NCBI RefSeq assembly: GCF_964204865.1
Contig: NC_135257.1
Location: 12,090,001 to 12,154,000 of the forward strand
Direction: 5' to 3'
DNA length: 64,000 nucleotides
Source of the DNA: Styela clava
Lineage: Eukaryota
Shown: positions 23,384 through 36,244 of the stretch, piece by piece
How the letters are laid out: the number at the start of each line of letters is the position of its first letter
How positions within the stretch are numbered: the stretch's first letter is position 1
The notes under the pieces: generated by a model
Told to the model about the DNA's origin: nothing
The model's input: the letters and a program-made list of their open reading frames with translations, nothing else
Databases searched by the model: none
Made by a program: the position numbers and the translations under genes

Positions 23384-25147
23384 CAGTGATTCCCAAAGTG
23401 GGCGATATCGCCCCCCAGTGGGCGAAAACGATACAGAGGGGGGCGAAAAAGTTGAAGGGGGCGATAGGGGGGCGATTTCGCAAAACCTGTTGTATGTTCG
23501 GCGCACCTAATTCTGTAATCTGTGTGCATTCGCAGGCTTGAATCACGTGGGCGATTATCACACGCGAAAGGATTTCTGGACTCGTCTTCGCAGTAAGGTA
23601 CGGTAGTTGCGTATCCCAGTGGTCGGCAAAATACGGCCGGAGTAAAATAATGTGGCCCGGGACGATTCACTGAATGAACCTTCCCCGACCTTTGACCGCG
23701 GAAAATTCTTCCCATACTTTACCATTTTAAAATTTTCGGTGTTTATTTTAAGTGTGGTTTCGCGAGTTGTTGCCTGTAAAATGGGGTATTTGTTTCAAAC
23801 TATCATTCTAATACACACCATTCAACAATCTGTTTTTTAAAAGTACCGATAAAGAATTTGAGCCTAGTCTATCACAGCTATTTCTACACTAATTTTTGAT
23901 TCCTGTAATTTAACTGAAACTCATAAGAAGACAAAGTAATCATTGATTTATATTTAAATTTCCGAAAAACAACTAAAAACTAACGAACATAATTCAAAAT
24001 CGCGAAACTGAGGTAATGTTCACGACCACGCCTGAGAATCTGTCTGAGTGAGCGTGTCTGAGCGGATGTGAAAAGGGGCATTGTCACGTTTTTTGCATCT
24101 TGCTGATTGGCCAATGTTACGAAGTAAACAAGGAAGTCTATGTCCGGGTAAACATTCAAACGGCGGTTTTGACGATGAAATTTTTTTATTTATAATCTAC
24201 GCTCGAGGAGTAAATTACATTTTTTTACGTAACAGAATTTATCGTGAGACACGTTTGGACTAAATTTTATTATATCCTAAAGCAAAGAACTGGGATTAGT
24301 GATTCCCATTTAGAAAATATTCCAATCTTGGCGTCGTAAAGCTATCCAGCGTGATGCAGCAACAAGACAGTGCCACATTAAATGTCATTGTAATATTTTT
24401 TCAATAAGACGACTGAGTTGAGTTCACGAATTGTCGCAGTTTTCGCGCACTGTTCCTTTTTTAATTTCAAAAAATTATGGCAACCCTGAATTTTGTCCCG
24501 CGAGCGACATAAAATTTGCCGTCCCCTGGGCCGTAGCCGATAGTCGATCACGGCTTCTTCCACATCCGAGTCCATGAATCCAAAAACAAATGGCTGATTA
24601 ATTATGGACTGGTGATCGGACTGGAGGCCGTGGTAGGATGAGGAATCGAGGATGAATTTTACCAAAGTATTTTGGTGCATGTCATCATGCTGTACGAATA
24701 AATGAGATGTACAAAAATCATTATTATAAGTTTGGGAAAATTAACCTTGTTTTTATTATTTTAATGTGAAATAGAGTGAATTTAGGAAGTGAAATACTAT
24801 AAGGCAAGAGTACACGGCGGTGTTTGAGGAGGTAGAACCCTGGATTCTTTCATTTCCGACCTATTATATGGTGACAAAGGGGTTTTCAGCCGTGCTACTA
24901 TTGCTATCAAAACAACAAAATAGCCTTTCCACCAGTAAACGGGGTAATTTTAGACACAATAAAAAAGAAGCTAAAGAACACCAATCTCATCTATTTCATT
25001 AAAAAACACTATAAACTATGATTTGTCTTCTTATTTGGTCTGTAATATATTCGTTTCTGACATTTTTTTGTATTGCCGGGGGGGGGGCGATGAAGTTGTA
25101 TAAACTACTATAGGGGGGCGATTGTCAAAAAAGTTTGGGAACCACTG
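23384..25147. mobile_element. Non-autonomous hAT (Charlie-like) element carrying a MITE copy at about 23672-24157
   Basis: TIR CAGTGATTCCCAAA...TTTGGGAACCACTG; perfect 8-bp TSD GTCTATAC (23376-23383, 25148-25155); GGGGGCGA subterminal repeats. Confidence 0.9.
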
Positions 25148-28100
25148 GTCTATACTATACGTACAGCCAGCGGAACAATACGAAATAACCATTTTCAACA
25201 GCCAAACAAAACGGAAACGTATAATCCGACTTGCAATTGACAGCCAACTGGACGTTTTTGTTTTATTGCCGTCCAGTAAACAAGGTCACGTGACCCGTGC
25301 AAGTCCTCTATATATGCCACTTACAGACTATATAGGCCACAGAATATTTGGAAATAGAAATTAATGGCTGTTTCTGTAATGCACGGTTGTGTGAAAGAGA
25401 AGAATTTTACTAATGTCGGCTGGTCTAAATCTAAATTCATAGAGTCGACAAGAACCTGGGAAGCAATGATGAGTTATGCCGGAGTGGAAAGAAAGTAGTA
25501 CTGGAAACGATTGAGAGGTGAAAAATCAAGTTGTAGACAGACAGTTGATGTTTTAAAATAGTCCATAGTCCATACTCATACAGTCATAGGGCATTTCAGA
25601 CTGTGATATATCAAAATTTAGTGTAGATATAGTCTAGTAATGGTATGCAAACACTGCTGGACTGTAGTACATGCAATGAGCTATATACTTTCATTGAGTA
25701 CGTCAGATAAAATGCATTATGTATTCAAGGTATTAGTTAGTATTTATTTAGTGGTATTTTTACATTCATGCTGTTTCAAATAGGATTTTCTTCCTCATTT
25801 TAGATACTGTACTACAAAAGAAAACGGCAATGTTCCACCAATCCGACCTAACGCAGGCTCTCAGTCGTAAAGGTATATGAAAATCATAATAGTTGCAAAC
25901 AGCTTAGATGGGCTATTCATATTGAAATACTTTAGCACATTTCTGCAATTGGAACTGCTCATCAAACTCATGTTGGAGACTTCATTGAGGTTTTCAATTC
26001 ATTTTTTTCTCAACTATAAAGATCTTTTAAGGATAACGAGGCATTAATAAATAAAGCTGAGGAATTTGTTTGTTCACTGTATGAAGAGGATATAAAGAAT
26101 GTAAATGATACCAGGGCACGTCTATTTAACACTGGCAAACATAAGAATTTTACTCTCCCACCCAACAATAATTCACTGAAGAAGCATATGGCCCTCAAAT
26201 CAGTTATTGAGTTGGCAAACTGCAAGTGTAAGAAAAATAGTCAAAATAATTTATGCAAGTGTGCCAAAATCAACTCAAACTGCTTAAAGCTTCAAACTTA
26301 TAGAAGAAAAGTCGATTTTTGAGATAGTGGATTCCGAAAGCAATTCAGAAGAAAGTGAATTAGATATTGCAGTTGATTTAATAAGCATCATTTTTTTTTT
26401 GAACATTTGTTAGTGTCGTAGTCCTGTTTCTAGAAATAATATTGCCTTTTATCAGATACATAACCACATAAACTAAAAAAAGACCAATTGTAATATTTCT
26501 GTTCACTATGTTATGTACATATTGTACATTCATTTAATTTTCTTTACTTTTCCGGTAAATTTCTAAGTGAGAAATAACTGATTTATTTGTGTTTTCGTGC
26601 TCACGATGTTAATTTATAACCTCATTGCTTAAAAATGAATACGTTTGATAGCTTCTTTAAAATGGATGTAGCTTTTTATGCTGTTCTTGTTGTAAACTGC
26701 TTGTGGTTATTACATAAAATTTATTCGCTAATGTGAATCAACGTTGTTGGTGTCGCTGCTTTCGAGGTCACTCGCGACTCCTGTAACACAATTGAAGTAT
26801 TTTTTGTTGTTGGTTACATGTATGCCATATTTTTCGTAATCTACCTAATAAATTATGATTGAATGAGGAAGTCCGATTTTGGTCAGGCAAAACATTACAG
26901 GAATACATTTGTGTTAGTGTGCTGTAGGGCTCTCGAATTGCATAGTTCTTCTGTATGTGTTGTGAACTTATGGTTATTGAATTTCCGGGAACCTCTTATA
27001 TTCAATTTTGCATCAGGATTGTGGAACAAGATGTAATGCGTTCAGTATGTTCATTTTCACACAAAACTGAAAAATTTATTTAGTTACCAGATGTGCGCTA
27101 CAAAATTCATTTTCTGGGCGTTTTCAAGGCTTCGTCTCACGGCCCATATCCGTGGTAAAGATCTACAAGTGTTTAATAACTTACTTATACATTTTTCAAC
27201 AACGTCTTAAGATAACTTAACTAATAATAACTAAACAGGGCTATGGAAAGGTTGCCCAACTCAACGCAAGGTCGAGCAGTAATAACTAATATTCATCCGC
27301 TCGCTAACAGCTGATTCGATTCAATTGTTACGTCATGCAGAAGTCATTGTTCATTGCCGAAAATGTAGAGAATATAAGACAGATCGTAGCACATATTTCT
27401 TGTAGTAAAAGCGTTTTTTCCGTAAAACGTGCAACCTTTGGAAGTGGGAACAAGGCAATATTTGTTACTAAATTTTTTTAAGGAACATTTTAAAATCATT
27501 TTCAGGTAGTTACCTGATGTGCGCTACGTAACTCACTTTCTACGCGTTTTTCAGGGCCGCGCCTTGCGGCCTATACGCTACTCTCCGAAGTTCCAAGGGT
27601 GTAAGACCGAAGAACAATTTGGCAGCTCTGATTGCATACTCTGCTAATTCTTTTTCTTCACCTGCGGTAAAGACGAGTCTACTTTTCTTGTAGCCTACGT
27701 ATCGAACATCAGAATTCATCCTATACTTTTTAACATATCTATTGAGGGTCACATGGGGAATACCAAATTCTTTGCCGGCCTGTCTGATGGTTTTTTGATT
27801 ATCTACAACTTCCATTACCGCATGCAACATTTCTGTTTTTAAAGTTTGACCTTGTTCACTTCTGCGTTTGTATTTCCTCATTTCTCATTAAATTATTTTC
27901 ACTAAAAATGATAAAACTTCGATAAGCTAAGCCAGTAAATTCATAAAGTAATCACTTACAACTGTCCTAACTGGCACAGCACGGCGACCGGATGCTACCA
28001 ATAAGCTTAGGATAGCGGCCTAATCGATGGGTGAGGCACATGGGGCAAGTTGAAACGGTCATATTGCCCCTTGCAGCAAAGTTTCAACTGGCCCCGACGT

Positions 28101-29111
28101 GACTAGGCAAAAGAAAATGGCCGCCCTAGCCGGAACAGTTAGCGCCATGCAGCCGAATCTCTGCTAATGCCAGCCTCTCCTGCATATGGGTCTAGTGGCG
28201 CAATATCGGACGGATCGCCTATGGTACCTTACATACATGATCAAACATTTGAAAAAATTACCTTCCTGGTTTGACCAAAATTTCAATCCGATTTGGAATG
28301 ATATTGCTCTACAAATTACAAAACTAGCTCTAAGCCCTGCCCCATACCAGGGAAATGGCGATGTTGGTCGCGATTTGTTGCCAAAAGATGACGTGATTTA
28401 GGTGCGTCATGTCGCAGAAAATTCGACTGTTTCAACTAGCCCCTTATACCAACTGACCCCGGTCTTCCATACATTCCGTAGTACGTGATGAGAGAGGCTC
28501 TCACTAGGGGTTCAAGCTTTTTCTTGTGATAATTGTGAAAAGCTGATTTTACCTACATCAATAATATCCGAATAAAGACGAACATTGGCCTCCTCGTGAC
28601 GTTTTTTTGTCTGGAATGGAGAGCGCTAATAAACCCCATGGAGGTGGACAAATATTGTATAGCATACAATTTCTGAAATTTTCAGTGGTTGAAAATAAAT
28701 TTTTCCAATTTTTTTCAGAAGGCTATTCCATTTATTTATTTCTAAATTTGTATGAATTCCATGACATTTGATATTTTGTTCAAAATTTCGCTGTATTATT
28801 TTTATCCATGGGAACACGGATTTTAGTCCGCGTGATGACTGACTGTACGTTTTGATTCTGCAAAATTCTTGCTACTGGGAATCCGGAACTTTTTTGAGGG
28901 TACCAGTAGCGTCAAACAAGTGCAGTTTTAAGTATTCTGTGGCGTATGCAGCTGCCGCAAAACCATGGCGGTGTTTCCATGCCATTGCCGTTACGGCCAA
29001 ACCTATGGCGACCATTGAGGTGTATATAATACCTCAATGATGGCGACTGACTTTTTAGTTGCCACAAACCAATGACGAGCTGCCGTTACCGTACTGCTGG
29101 TGTAGTCGTAT

Positions 29112-29180
29112 GCACTGCTGGTGTAGAGGTATCATGCATATTCCCATTCTTGCGACCCGGTTCGATTCCCGGGCAGTGCA
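29112..29180 (+). pseudogene. tRNA-Gly(CCC) pseudogene
   Basis: Acceptor stem GCACTGC/GCAGTGC, TTCCCAT anticodon loop, GGTTCGATTCC B box, downstream TTTTT. Only 69 nt: one base missing in the anticodon stem and one in the T stem relative to the canonical 71-nt Gly-CCC. Confidence 0.75.
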
Positions 29181-29187
29181 AAGTTTT

Positions 29188-29498
29188 TAGGTTCGCAGGT
29201 TCGTTTTTAGGTTCGCAGGTTCGAATCCCATGCAGGGATGGTTATGTGTGAGAGGATTGCTGGACTCCTCGCCGTCGTTGGGTGGTTCACGTAACCGCTG
29301 GTCGGTTACGGCTTCCTCCACCACCAAGTCCATGCTTCCCCGAAAACGAACAATATAACTAATCCCATACCCGACTTGGTAACCGGAACTAATCCCATAC
29401 CCGCCCGGAATGGTAACCGGACGAGAGGCCGTGGTTCGCCATATGGATGAGCCGTCTTATCGGCTTTCCTCTCCCCCGGGATAAATATGTAAATCCTA
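29188..29498 (+). mobile_element. SINE copy, 5'-truncated at the B box, with internal short duplications
   Basis: GGTTCGAATCCC B box; body and 3' end match the other SINE copies. Confidence 0.75.
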
Positions 29499-30221
29499 AA
29501 GACAGGGCTGTCCCTTATGGTGACAAATATTGGGTAAGTTAAAACGATTTTCTTATGGATACAGTTTTGATGGATTTGTGGTTAGGGTTTAAGTAGATAT
29601 AATTCCGCATGATCTATTGAAATCTGGTACATTAATTTGTGAATATACCGTTAATACTGAATAACGCTATAAAACTATGACAAGAGCTACCGCGGTTCGT
29701 TCGTGGCAGGAGCTGCCATAAAGTGGTAATACCTGCGCCTCGCGTCAAAAGGTACCGGTAGGGACGGATTCGCTCTCGTCTACGTGTCCATAAATTTGAG
29801 CGTTGTTTTCATGCGCCTGTCACCCAAGTATAATTGTAATATCTTTTTCATTTACAGAATTATTTTCAAGTTCAATTTTTGGGTACTCCCGAAGTATTTG
29901 AACCAAGATGGCGGACACCGGAACGTAATATGTGTACCAGGTTAGGGTTAGGCCATACTTTCAGGTACAAACACTACGGGAGTCACTGATAAACACTGAA
30001 ACTTATTTATTGGACACGAAATGGGCTCATGAGTCGTTTTCTTAAATTGTTGTTGTTCATTCTTTCTAGTATTCATCTTGTTGCTGCATTTTTGTTTTAA
30101 AAAAATTTTTTTTCCCTTTCACAATTGGACCAATGAACTATTTACACTATGTGGCGGCTCCACGATCGCATTTCAACGATCTAGTGATCAGCGAAATCGT
30201 GAGTTTTTTGATAAGGTAGAC

Positions 30222-30884
30222 CAGGGTGGTCCAGACCCTGTCATGCTGATACATTCCCGAGATTCAAACCCTTTTTCTATCGCTTTGTGCTTTTATTTTA
30301 GTAAGACACTCCTCTATTTACAAACGCCGGCAATGTGACAGTAGTGACGAAACGCAGAGCCCACTTAACGCCGCGCAATCCATTTTTTTTTTAGCTTGGT
30401 CCCGAAATACCAACTTAGACGGACTTGGTTGGTATTTGACGATGTCACTAAGCTTGCTCACGCTGCAAGTTTTTAAATTACTCAATATAACAATTCGTAA
30501 TGAAATGAGTGTCGCAAGAAAGGTGACATAAGAACAACACGGCGGAAAGGTATTTCCTTGCCCATTGCTCAGTGTCTGGTTTGATTTCTGTAATATCTGT
30601 CACGAAAGAATATAACTTGAAGCGACATTAAACGCGAGATGCGCAAAATACAACGATAATTCTAGGGAATTAACTTTAAAATAACTGAAGGCTTTATATA
30701 TCTTCTTTAAAAGAACGCCACCCATGCAACATAATAATAGTCTGATTATAACGGTAAACTCTCGTTGTTTATTAAATTCAAAGAAAGTAAACTCGCAATA
30801 TTTCGATCACTTTGGGTTTTTTCCGACTTGCGGCCCGCGAGACCTTCTTAAGGTCCTTCAACCCAGCAACCTTGAACCACTCTG
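30222..30884. mobile_element. hAT MITE
   Basis: CAGGGTGGT...ACCACTCTG termini; perfect 8-bp TSD AGGTAGAC. Confidence 0.8.
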
Positions 30885-33800
30885 AGGTAGACTACTATAG
30901 GTACCGGTAAAATTTCAAACTACAGTTGTGACTTGTATCCTTTGGTATTTCGATTCCACGTTGAGAAAGGAAGCATGAATCTTTATTGTCACACTCCCTA
31001 AGGATTAGAGCTCAACCGATATATCGACCCGATGTTGCGTGTTTGCCGATATATCATATCAGCTATATATAACAGTTAAAAAACCTAAAAACGTTCGTAA
31101 AAGTTGTTTTATTTACTGTTGATTGTGATTATTTTTAATGGATAATACACTTAAATGTGGTTTATTGTTTTTATAAATAAATCACACATGAGGGGGCACC
31201 AAAGTCTTCAGTGCTTAGGGCACCAAAGAGGTTTAATCCGCCTCTGGTGTCAGTGTTTATGTTGTGTATATATTTTTATGTTAATGTGCTCACCTCTGTT
31301 CAATGTTAATCAAGTAGTAACATTCAAATTTGTATTCTAAGATTTCTATCGCCAATTACACGTGTGAGGAAATATATATCTCTTGCTTTCTTTTTGTCGA
31401 CAGAGGCTGAACGTCGGTCGCTTTTTAATTGTGAGTTGCCAGAGTCTAGTCCAGCAGTCCTCTCTCTCGCATTTAATTATCCACCACAGGAAGCAGAGTT
31501 GCCGTACAATAAACAACCAATCGTAAATCTTCTGACCTATGTACACACAGACGCAAAACCTAAAATTTGGCATTCCCTACATATCCGTTGCTAATTGCGC
31601 AGAGCCGTTACTGGTGTGATAACTTGAAAACGACGTCAAGCAAAATTAATAAAATGCTGGTAAAAAGGAAACAAGAGCAATAATAAAAATGAGAAATCGG
31701 AATTTCTGCGCATTTGTTCGAATGAAGAAATATTCACACGATTATTGTACATGTAACTATATTTATAGACCAAGATAGATTTGATTATAATGATTTTAAT
31801 CAAATTTGCCATAGATCTTGGTATTCTCCATAATACATTAAAAAATTATTGCAAGAAATAATGCGTAATAGGTGTGATGGCCAAGCTTAACGGTTTACGC
31901 CCGGGGTTCCCCCTAAGCGGCAACAGAGCGATTGGATGGCGTCAGGGGGGAGGGCACAATGGTAGGCCCAAAACTAATCAAATTTTTTATTTACGATAAA
32001 ACTTCTTGTTCTTCTTAGTTCCATTGCTTGATAAGATAATTCCGGAGGGTGTTTTAAATTTCTTGTGCATAAATGAATTGAACATAACGGGATTTAAAAT
32101 CTAGCAATCAAAATATCCCTACAAATAACACTCTAGCAATTTTTGAGAGGTTTGGCACACCTGAAAATGTTCCTGTAGCCCAGAAGGGAGCATGACTCAC
32201 TGATTCAGAACCGGTGCACTAGGGAGTATATCTGATACAGTATACCAAGGAATAAAACCACGAGATTCATGGAGCATCGTTTTTGTAGTGTTTATTTATT
32301 AACGATAATGATTGCACAAGAGAGCAATGCGCAAATAATTGAACGAGAAAACGATGCTCAAATATAGGTTTGCATACTAAGTAGGTATGCAATCTGCCAC
32401 AGTGGTCTACCAGTATCTTACCTCCTAAACCCCCTACGCAATAGAGGAATCGCCACAAGAAGCTCAATTTTCAAATTTGATGACGTGATCCAACACACAA
32501 ATTTCAAAGCGATGGGTCCAGTAGTTAAAAAAGGGGTTTTGTGGTAACAAGAAGAAAAAGAAAATACTAAAAACATGATCAACAACAACTTAATAAAAAG
32601 ACGATCCGTATGTACATTCCGTGCTCAATAATAATCCACACACGACCTAAATAAGAGTCTTTGGGGGCTTATCAGCGCAAGACAAATCGGTGTGACCTCG
32701 CCATCTAGCGGCGATTCACGAATACTACAGTCAGCAAACGGCGAGCGGAACTAATTTTCAAATCGCGGTCGGAGTTGTTATTGAGTTATGGCAAATTACC
32801 ATTCCAATGTCGCAGTGTTCAGATATCTTTAAATTTTGGATCATCAAAGTTGTTTGAAATTTTTTTGGTAAAAATGTATTTAGATGCTTGACAATCAGCA
32901 ATGTTTACCAATTCTAAGCAACAGATGTGTTGTTTAGCTATTACTAAGTTGATTCGTCAGTCCGAATATTCTAGAAGCCTGCTTTGAGTAATTGTCATGG
33001 TAATCAGCGCTTAGTCCGTGTCGATTTGAGTGGCATCACTCTGTCAGCAGTGTGTGCGTTGTCAACAGGTGCAAAAGTGTGCATGTTTACTTGTGGCAAT
33101 TTTAAGGCGGGTGTATGAATGTAAATAGCACGCTTTGAATACGGTCAAAAGCTGTGAAGATAGATCAGTTTTTCCATAGCAATATGTATTGCCGTAAATA
33201 TATACTACTACGGTATTACTAGTTCAGTGGCGAGGCATAAAAAATACGAAAAATTTATAGTTTTTATTCGGTATTTCCCTGTTATTTCTTCTTACCATGT
33301 GTATTTTTTACTTGCAAAGGAGTTTCCGTAATCGGAACGAAATTAATTTGGTCCAACCCCCTTCGTAAGTGGAAAATTCCGTACGGACGCATCAATGGAA
33401 AGGCATTGTTCCGTTCCAAGCCCCCACAAAACTCGGGACTTAATATTTGACTAGGACTAGGCTAAGCGAAGACCGCAGATAGTTGGAGGGCGGTGTCTGA
33501 AGTTGAAATCTGAAAGCGAACGTAATGTACGAAAATGAGCACACGTACATGAAATTCAAAATACAATTTACTCTTTTCATTTTGCAGTTTTATATATATA
33601 TTTTTTTATTTAGTTATAACTGTTACGCGTGTCATCGTCTTCTCAACTGAAACTGAGCGAGACTAATTGTACGTACCCGTGGGAAACAAACGGGACAATG
33701 GAATATTGCTCACGATACCATTCGTTGATTCAGAAAAACGAAATTGTATTACGCGATCATTGTCATTATCAAATGAGTGAACCTGATTCCCAAATTCCCA

Positions 33801-34425
33801 TCTGCCAACAAAAGAGAGTGAAGACCGGAAATCTTTTTATTTTTCGATTCTTCACTGATTTAAGTATTTTATGTCGGCTGTTATGATTTTATTTTCGAAT
33901 ATAAATTAATACCGTCTACTTAAACTGAACGATGTTGTCATTAACGACGCCGCGGTAAACACTAAATAAGATTTAAGAGCTATTTTATACGCTCTAAATT
34001 GCAAGTAATGAAAAAATTTGCCCTCATGTTCGGTCACTATCAAAATAAAAGGAATCAAAACAATTAATTACAACACAATTTGCTTTTAGATTTATTGCCG
34101 AGGCCGCTCAAACTACCTCGACAAAATTTAAATATACGATGAAATTTGTAAAATATTTTCAATCAAAAACATCCTCAAGGTGTAATAATCACTTCAAGAC
34201 AGCACTTATTGACTGCCACACACGAATGTCTCCGATCACCATAAAACATGAAATAATTGTAAAATGTTTTTTGGGAATATCCATAAGTACTTTTTTGATG
34301 ACGTAATATTTTCTGTTCGAATTTAAAAAAGTAAGCACTCCTCTTGAGTATCCACTCCGGTACCATAAGCATAATGGCGTTTGTCATTATCTGATGAATA
34401 ATAATTATAAAGAACACTTCAATAT

Positions 34426-35636
34426 TAGAGATGTACCGATGTATCGGTATCGGGTATCGGTATCTGCAATATCGGTCATTATTTCGGTATCGGCCATGTA
34501 TTGGTATCGGTTAGATTAAGGCCGATATTTCCGATATATTTACCTTTTTGATTTGGTCCAGAATGATTTAAAAGATAAGTTGGAATACTACTTTTCAATT
34601 TATTTTTTGTCTGGAGAGATCGTGGGCTATGAGCCATACTTGTTCCCATCCCCGCGAGGGAATAGGATTCACCTGTTTTTAGCTATTCATCAGTCAAACT
34701 AGCTTAACTAATTTGGCTATTTTTGCTGTCAAATTTTTATATTGACATTTTTGATATTACATAGTAATTATGGAGAAATATATCAACACAGCACATAACA
34801 AAAAGCAAGTAGGCGCCCAGTTTTAAATCATACAGTGGCATTTGGGTCCTGAATAACGGCACATGCACTTTTGGCACGGATATAAATTCTGACTGTTTGT
34901 CGTCAATTACGACTATCATTTATTATCATTTTAGTCCGTCGATATCGATAAACTAAATTCCGACACAATTATCAGTCTACGCAGGTATTAATTTTAATTT
35001 TGTTTAACTACACAATTTCTTTATAGATATTTTGACATGACCGCCTAGAGTTAGACTAGATTGTCTCAAAATATATGATAGCAATTGTAAAATATTATAA
35101 AATAGTAAAGTAAAAAAAAATCCTCGAAGGTTATGGGTAGGCCTTCTTCTTGTCGGTGCTGATTGATATTCTTTCATGTTGGCTTTGTTTTATTGCGGCG
35201 ATGATTACGATTAACCACAAAATAAAATATTTGTAAAATGCTTTTAATTTGAACGTAGGACGACGGCGCTAGAATGTGTGGGCGAATTCGAATTGGCGAA
35301 TTCGAATTGGACATCCCGGCTCAGGATTTTTCTAATTGAACACCGAGATTACTAGCGTGTATCTTAATCAGTTAAAGCATCTGGATGCCAAACATCAAAT
35401 TCATATTATGTGATAGATCTCTTTTTCGATCTAAAATAATGTGTGCTATGAACAACGCTCAAAGACCATTGTTTTAACCCGTCTGCCCTACACAGCACAC
35501 CTAATTAGGTAATAATTACATAGTATCGGTATCGGAATATCGGTAGTATCGGCCTTTTTGTAGTATCGGTGTATCGGTATCGGCGTTTTTAGCTGGTATC
35601 GGTATCGGCGAAAAAAGTGGTATCGGTACATCTCTA
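34426..35636. mobile_element. Non-autonomous hAT element with (GTATCG)n subterminal repeats
   Basis: TIR TAGAGATGTACCGAT...ATCGGTACATCTCTA; TSD TTCAATAT/TCCAATAT. Confidence 0.85.
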
Positions 35637-36244
35637 TCCAATATTTCACAAAAGCAAAAAAATCACTGAAACCAACGAACGAAAAGACCATACATGTGCC
35701 ATTTTTGTCACGATATACATGTGCCATCTTTGTCACGGTATCATCCATGCCATTACATGCACTACAAAAGATTTTGCTCAAGAACCTTGGCATCGACTCG
35801 GAACATGTAATCATTTTGAGAAAACGTTAATGCTCATTTTTTGTTTTGTTTATTTCGTTGTTTGAAGACTTAACTACGCGAACTATTGCTTTCAAGTTTG
35901 CAGTATATTTTTTCTATACGAAGTTCTAATCTCCTACTCATGTTTTCCTGCTCCCATATTAGATCATGCTTGATTTCAATAGAATTCTCCAGTCGCACAG
36001 TCTGGTTTACAGTATTTAGAGTAATTCGTTGTTGGTCGTGTATACTTTCAAGTGTAGTGGACTTCAGTGAAAGAATTTTCACCGATTGATCCATTTTTTT
36101 TGGAGGTGACGATGCCGACATGAAGTTGCTTGAAGTTCAAAATACTCTCGAATCACGTAAAAAAAACGTCTCCGTTTGTAGAAATATCTTCCATAGCTGT
36201 TTCTTTGGTCATATTGGTGACATGCTATCATCGCATTTGACCAC

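Larger units (their letters stand above)
21985..25310. repeat. Palindromic element with ~450-bp inverted arms; right arm split by a hAT insertion
   Basis: 21985-22445 is the reverse complement of 23090-23383 joined to 25156-25310. Confidence 0.75.
21376..27573. mobile_element. Academ-like DNA transposon (TAG...CTA ends, 3-bp TSD)
   Basis: TSD TAC at 21373-21375 and 27574-27576; ~400-bp imperfect TIRs (21376-21800 vs 27170-27573); internal + strand relic EFVCSLY...VNDTRARLF...LPPNNNSLKKH followed by a Cys cluster (about 26060-26285). Superfamily assignment from memory of Academ features. Confidence 0.65.
19066..28472 (-). mobile_element. Degenerate pogo-type (HTH_psq + CENP-B HTH + DDE) DNA transposon split by nested insertions
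   Basis: Termini GTAGGGGA..GACCGGGG / CCCCGGTCTTCCATAC; transposase ATG at 27881 (FGIPHVTL; FFGLTPLELRRVAY) resumes in frame at 21372 (DFARA...AGSDWFSDFMRRN...TSIARMSAFNEHNV); DDE-region fragments (ITVCCAVNA, PPIILFP, SGWM) at 20300-20500; stops and frameshifts present. Confidence 0.85.

Noticed and set aside
29112-29180. Functional tRNA-Gly
   Set aside because: Anticodon and T stems each lack a base, so it is called a pseudogene (a consensus sequencing error cannot be excluded).
30900-34100. Short ORFs and a CTCF-like GCCATCTAGCGG motif near 32700
   Set aside because: No protein similarity or splice structure; a single motif in repeat-rich DNA is not enough.
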